Source: an uncultured Chloroflexia bacterium (GTDB lineage: Bacteria; Chloroflexota; Limnocylindria; Limnocylindrales; CSP1-4). Taken from it: DNA of 64,000 nucleotides. Positions 59,658 to 64,000 of this stretch are shown piece by piece. The stretch is from positions 56,692 through 120,691 of the forward strand of contig CAWDEW010000007.1 of NCBI GenBank assembly GCA_963801445.1. Direction: 5' to 3'. The notes under the pieces are model-generated. The model had not been told where the DNA came from, ran no database searches, and was given only the letters and a program-made list of their open reading frames with translations. Made by a program: the position numbers and the translations under genes. Numbering within the stretch: the first letter of the stretch is position 1; the number at the start of each line of letters is the position of its first letter.

Positions 59658-60608
59658 CTACTGGCCGACTGTCCTCCGCCGGGCCTTCAGGAAGCCCTCG
59701 ATGGCGTCCCAGGCCCCGATCGCGACGATCCCGACCATGCCGACCGCTGCGGAGGGCGCCAGCGCGGCCCCCGCCCCGATCCTGTCCATCTCGGCGACCG
59801 CTTCGGGGCTCAGGACCCGGCCGGCCCCGAGCAGCCAGACCGCCGGGATCGCGAACGCGGCGTCCAGGACCGCGTTGATGGCCGCGGACGTCCAGGTCCA
59901 CCGTCGGGCGGCATAGAAGGCCAGGGTGAAGCCGATCTGGAGCACCGCGACCACGACGAACCAGGGGAACCAGAACGCCCCCAGCGCGGGATCGAGGAAC
60001 GGCACGGTCCGGCCGTCGATGAAGAACGGAGGCTGCCAGGCGATCACCCCGATGACGAGCGTCGCGGCCGCCACCGACAGCATGGCCTCGCCGGCGCCGA
60101 GCCGGCTGGGCGATGGCACGGAGGGAAGCCGGTCAGGCGTCCAGGCCAGGAGCGGCCCACCGCCGCGAGCGGCGTTGCGCTCGACCAGGGCGAACACGAG
60201 GGTCACCCAGAAGGCGAGCTGGACCCCGACGCCCAGGCCCGCCAGCACGGCGTTCGCGGCAGCCTGGGCGACCGCCGTCCCGGCGATGAAGCCCGCGAAC
60301 AGGACCGCGAGGGTCACGGTGGGCACGACGATCGAGAGGAGCAGCCCCAGCAGGCGCCGGTAGTCGAGGAAGTAGCTCGGGCCGATCAGGTAGAGCGCCC
60401 GATCCGTGTAGCGGGCGGCCAGGATCTCGGGGTCGCCCAGCTCGGTGAGCGCGGCGCGCTCCGCGGCGGCGGCGTCCCCGGCGTCGGCGGTGCGCGCCTC
60501 GATGGCATCGGCGATCAGCGCCCGGATCTCGGGCTCCAGGTCGTCGCGCTGCCGCTCGGGAACGGCGCTCAGCACGCCCCAGACATAGCGGTCGGTCAGG
60601 GTGCTCAT
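59658..60608 (-). CDS. PadR-associated membrane protein with N-terminal HAAS/permease-prefix domain
   Basis: LTDRYV..V...VPE..R.D, ALTELGDP..LAARY; about 6 TM helices; overlaps the padR stop. Confidence 0.82.
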   Translation of the reverse strand: MSTLTDRYVWGVLSAVPERQRDDLEPEIRALIADAIEARTADAGDAAAAERAALTELGDPEILAARYTDRALYLIGPSYFLDYRRLLGLLLSIVVPTVTLAVLFAGFIAGTAVAQAAANAVLAGLGVGVQLAFWVTLVFALVERNAARGGGPLLAWTPDRLPSVPSPSRLGAGEAMLSVAAATLVIGVIAWQPPFFIDGRTVPFLDPALGAFWFPWFVVVAVLQIGFTLAFYAARRWTWTSAAINAVLDAAFAIPAVWLLGAGRVLSPEAVAEMDRIGAGAALAPSAAVGMVGIVAIGAWDAIEGFLKARRRTVGQ

Positions 60609-60946
60609 CGGGATTCTCCCTTGTCGAGGCTGCGGATCGAGGCATCGATCCGCAGCCAGTCGGCGAGCAGCTCGCCTGCGAGACGCTCGCCTGCGGGGCT
60701 GGTCCGGTAGAACTTCCGGGGACGGCTCTCCGTGGTGTTCCACTCGCTGGCGAGCATTCCCTGGCCCTCCAGTCGGCGGAGCAGCGGATAGAGCGTGTTC
60801 GCCTCCACGTCGAAGCCCAGCTTCTGCAGCTCCTCGATGAGCGCGTAGCCATAGCCGGGCCGATGGAGCAGCAGGAGGCAGGCCGGCACGAGCGTGCCGC
60901 GGCGCAGCTCCTGTCGGGCGCCCGCGAGGATCTCGTCGAAGTCCAT
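60605..60946 (-). CDS. PadR family transcriptional regulator
   Basis: ELRRGTL, YGYAL, NTLYPLLRRLE, RPRKFY. Confidence 0.9.
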   Translation of the reverse strand: MDFDEILAGARQELRRGTLVPACLLLLHRPGYGYALIEELQKLGFDVEANTLYPLLRRLEGQGMLASEWNTTESRPRKFYRTSPAGERLAGELLADWLRIDASIRSLDKGESR

Positions 60947-60953
60947 GGCCGGC

Positions 60954-60982
60954 ATTATAATGTGTGTCGCACATCATTGCAA
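60954..60982 (-). promoter_or_regulatory. Near-consensus promoter TTGCAA-N17-TATAAT with ATGTG-N5-CACAT operator
   Basis: -35 at 60982-60977, -10 at 60959-60954, ATG 7 nt downstream; inverted repeat 60960-60974. Confidence 0.75.
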
Positions 60983-61133
60983 GTGGAAAGTTGCGCGCGA
61001 TCGCTGGCAGCATCCGGCGCGAGGGGTCTTCCGCGCCCGCCGGGTACTGTCTGCGCGACAGGCGGCGCCGCCCGGGCCGACGTCGGCCGCCGGTCAGCGC
61101 CAGCCGCGCGCGCTCGGAAGGGGGGTCAATTCC

Positions 61134-62502
61134 ATGGACGACGAGCTCGACTTCGTGGTCATCGGCGCCGGACCGGCCGGCGAGGCCGCCACGCACATGG
61201 CGCGCGCGCGGGGCGCCTCGGTCGCGGTGATCGAGCGCGAGCTGTTCGGCGGGTCGTGCCCGTTCTGGGCCTGCATGCCCTCCAAGACCCTTCTCCACGC
61301 GGCGGCCATCCACGCCGCGGGCGGGGACTACGACTGGCCGCGGGCCTCGGCCCGGCGCGACTACATGATCAGCCGGGAGGGCATCGACTTCCCGAGCGAC
61401 GCCGGCCACGTCGAGCGCGCTCGAAGGCGCGGGCGCGGTCGTCATCCGGGGGTCCGGGCGGATCGCCGGTCCCGGTCGCGTCGTCGTCGCGCACGAGGGC
61501 CGGGAGCGGACGCTTCGGGCCCGGAACATCGTCATCGCCGTGGGGTCCGTCTCCACGGTGCCCGCCCTCGACGGGCTCGACGAGATCAGGCCCTGGACGA
61601 ACCGCGAGGCGACGAGCACGCGCGAGCTGCCCGCCAGCCTGCTCATCCTGGGCGCCGGGCCGACCGGCGTCGAGATGGCCCAGGTCTTCGCCCGCTATGG
61701 CGTGCCGACGACGCTCGTGGCCTCGCAGCCGCGGATCGCCCCCAGGGGCCACCCGCGCAACTCCGCCTTCCTCGAGGCGACCCTGCGCCGCGACGGCGTC
61801 GACATCCGGACGGGCGTGCGGGCCACCCGGGTGCGGGCCTGGGCGGCGGCCTCCGGCGCGCACGTCGTCGACCTGTCGGATGGCACGGCCGTCGAGGGCC
61901 ACGAGGTCATGCTCGCGGTCGGCCGGACGCTCCCGCTGGCCGGCCTCGGGCTCGAGACGCTGGGCCTCGACGTCGCCGGCCGGGCGCCGGCCGTCGGGCC
62001 CGACCTCCGGATCGCCGAGGGCGTGTTCGTCGCCGGGGACCCGGCGGGACCGGAGATGCACACCCACGTCGCCCACTACCAGGGCGAGCTCGCCGTCAGG
62101 ATCGCGCTCGGCGATGACGTCCGACCCGACTATGCCGCGATCCCCAGCGCCGTCTACACGGACCCCGAGGTCGCCGGCGTCGGGATGTCGCTCGAGAGCG
62201 CCCGCGCGGCCGGCCGCCTCGCGTTCGAGGAGGTCGCCGACCTGGCCACGAGCGCGAAGGGCTACGTCGCCGAGGCCAGCGGCCACGTGACGATCGTGGT
62301 CGACCGCCCGACCCGGACGCTCCTCGGGGCGTTCATCGCCGGGCCCGCAGCATCGGAGGTGATCCACGAGGCGGTCCTGGCGATCAAGACGAAGGTGACG
62401 CTCGACGTCCTGGCCGACACGATCCACGCCTTCCCGACCACGGCGCGGGTCATGGGCGGGCTCTTCGCCCAGGCGGTCCGCACGCTCGACGCGGCGAACT
62501 GA
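61134..62502 (+). CDS. Class I pyridine nucleotide-disulfide oxidoreductase (Lpd/MerA-like); frameshift near 61420
   Basis: GAGPAG, GGSCPFWACMPSK, GAGPTGVE, AVYTDPE, IHAFPT. Confidence 0.88.
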
Positions 62503-62576
62503 ACGGGCGCGCTCCTCGCTCCGGCCCGACCCGGATCCCTACACTCTCCCTGGACGCCATACAGGAGGGACGCAGG

Positions 62577-63374
62577 GTGACCCCGGAACCGCTACCGGTC
62601 GCCGTCGATCCGGCGGACATCCAGGCCCGCGCAGTTCGCCTCGCCACCGGCCTCGCTGCCCCGCTCGGGACGATGGGCAAGCGGATGATCATCGGGTTCC
62701 TCGGGAGCGCGGTCATCGGCTTCGTGGTCGGAACGGCGACCTATCAACCTTTCCTCGGGACCGCCGTCGGACTCGCGCTCGCTGCCCTGGTCGCAGTCGT
62801 CGCCTGGGCGCCGTTCACCGATGCCGGGTTCCGCGGTGCCGCGGAGCTCTACTTCGATCACGGCTGTCACGAGCGGGCCGAATGGAAGACGGAGACCGGC
62901 ACGTCCATGCCCAGTGGCATCCGGGCGATCGAGAGATGGCTCGACGCCCACCCGGAGGGGCCCGGCCGGGCGTCGCTCCTGCTGGTCGTGGGCCGCATCG
63001 ACGAAGCGGACCGGGTGATCGCGGCGAAGATCCCGACGACGCCGGTGGAGACGTTCGAAATGGAGCTGCTGCGCCAGACCCGGTCGCTCCTCCTCGGCCA
63101 GCGGCCCGAGCTCGACCGGCTCCACGCGATCTGGCCCTCGATCCCGGATCCGCGGGAGCGGCGCCATCGGCGCGAATGCCTCGCCCTCCTCGAAGGCGAG
63201 CTCGCCGTGGCGGAGGGAGGCGACCCGATCGCGGTCCTCGCTGCCGCCCGGATCGACGTCCGCGAAGTCTACTGGTCGATGCGGGTGCCCTGGCTGATGG
63301 CGAAGTGGTCCTCACTGGCGGCGTGGGGCCTCATGATCTCGACCTTCGTCTCCGCCATGCTCGTCTGGAGGTGA
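62577..63374 (+). CDS. Hypothetical membrane protein
   Basis: AGGAGG RBS; two N-terminal TM helices, helical soluble region, C-terminal TM helix. Confidence 0.65.
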   Translation: MTPEPLPVAVDPADIQARAVRLATGLAAPLGTMGKRMIIGFLGSAVIGFVVGTATYQPFLGTAVGLALAALVAVVAWAPFTDAGFRGAAELYFDHGCHERAEWKTETGTSMPSGIRAIERWLDAHPEGPGRASLLLVVGRIDEADRVIAAKIPTTPVETFEMELLRQTRSLLLGQRPELDRLHAIWPSIPDPRERRHRRECLALLEGELAVAEGGDPIAVLAAARIDVREVYWSMRVPWLMAKWSSLAAWGLMISTFVSAMLVWR

Positions 63375-63515
63375 CCGGCTGACCGCCGCGCTCACGATGA
63401 CACGCGAATGGCATCACTCCTGCGGCCTGCCCGGCGTCCCACCGGAGCGAGCCAGCAGCAGCCACGGGGTGTCATGGACGGGCCGAGCGGACCAACGCGA
63501 CACGAGTCGCCGTTC

Positions 63516-63918
63516 ATGCGCCCGATCGCTGCGCTCATCCTCCCCTTGATCGTTTTGTGTGTTGGAGGCTGCCGGGTCGCTCACTGGACGCTGAGCGTCG
63601 ACAACAACATCCAGGCGCCGGTGATCGTCCGGATCCCGCGCGATGAAGGCACCCTGGATCTGCTCCTCGCCGGCAGGGAGTGGCGCAAAGTCGCCATCTT
63701 CCAGGCCCCCATTTCGCGGCACCGTTGAGGTCCTCGACGCAGCGACCTGCGATGTCATGGTCACAACGATGACCCTAGGGCCGGAGGGCGACTACCAGAT
63801 GTTCGTGGACGACGGCTACGAGTCGCACTTCCGCGACGACAGCGGTCCGTACGACCAACCACCGGCACGGACGGGCCCGGAGATCCCGACGACCGACGCT
63901 TGCACCGCGCGCGGATAG
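63516..63918 (+). CDS. Putative lipoprotein; frameshift near 63710
   Basis: MRPIAALILPLIVLCVGGC signal/lipobox; IFQAP continues as FRGTVEVLDAATC in the next frame to TAG 63918. Confidence 0.5.
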
Positions 63919-64000
63919 CGTTCGGGAGCCGGCTCTTGACTTCCGCTCTTCGCCCGCCGACCGTGGATCCATGAGTCGGCTGAGGCGGTCGCTCCCCGTA

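Noticed and set aside
61134-62502. Mercuric reductase merA
   Set aside because: No N-terminal HMA domain or C-terminal Cys-Cys pair, and no mer operon; it ends with the HAFPT motif of Lpd-like enzymes
1-64000. tRNA, rRNA, IS/integrase or prophage features
   Set aside because: No cloverleaf, rRNA signature, transposase, integrase or phage structural motifs were recognised by eye; tRNAscan and ISEScan would be needed to exclude them formally

Overview
Very GC-rich bacterial chromosomal window (roughly 73-75% GC by eye) with about 58 mostly accessory or housekeeping genes. I found no rRNA, tRNA, CRISPR array or transposase. Gene content and frequent leaderless promoters suggest a Chloroflexota (Limnocylindria-like) or similar high-GC soil genome; this is inference. 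In order: ligC (partial), serine hydrolase, Prim-PolC-type polymerase, DGPF/ECF42 pair, M19 dipeptidase, a tightly linked five-gene proteolysis operon (9.5-14.9 kb), MarR/ABC exporter, opine dehydrogenase, cydAB, a yybP-ykoY (Mn2+) riboswitch before a CaCA antiporter, mmsA-like plus a ThDP enzyme, a copper island (TCS, cupredoxin, TauE-like fusion, copA, YHS), a CASTOR/POLLUX-like channel, PLP decarboxylase, cyclase-STAND-TPR, a receiver-TrxB fusion with a cNMP histidine kinase, an osmoprotectant ABC system with a circularly permuted binding protein, and ArsR-SRPBCC and PadR modules. The best candidate for an undescribed system is the 9.5-14.9 kb operon: PrsW protease, gingipain/C25-like lipoprotein, PepSY-like protein, catalytically degenerate Zn-ribbon PrsW, and a Zn-ribbon single-pass protein. 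About 20 single-base frameshifts between 28.6 and 63.7 kb look like long-read assembly errors. All family calls come from motif recognition by eye; no database searches were run.
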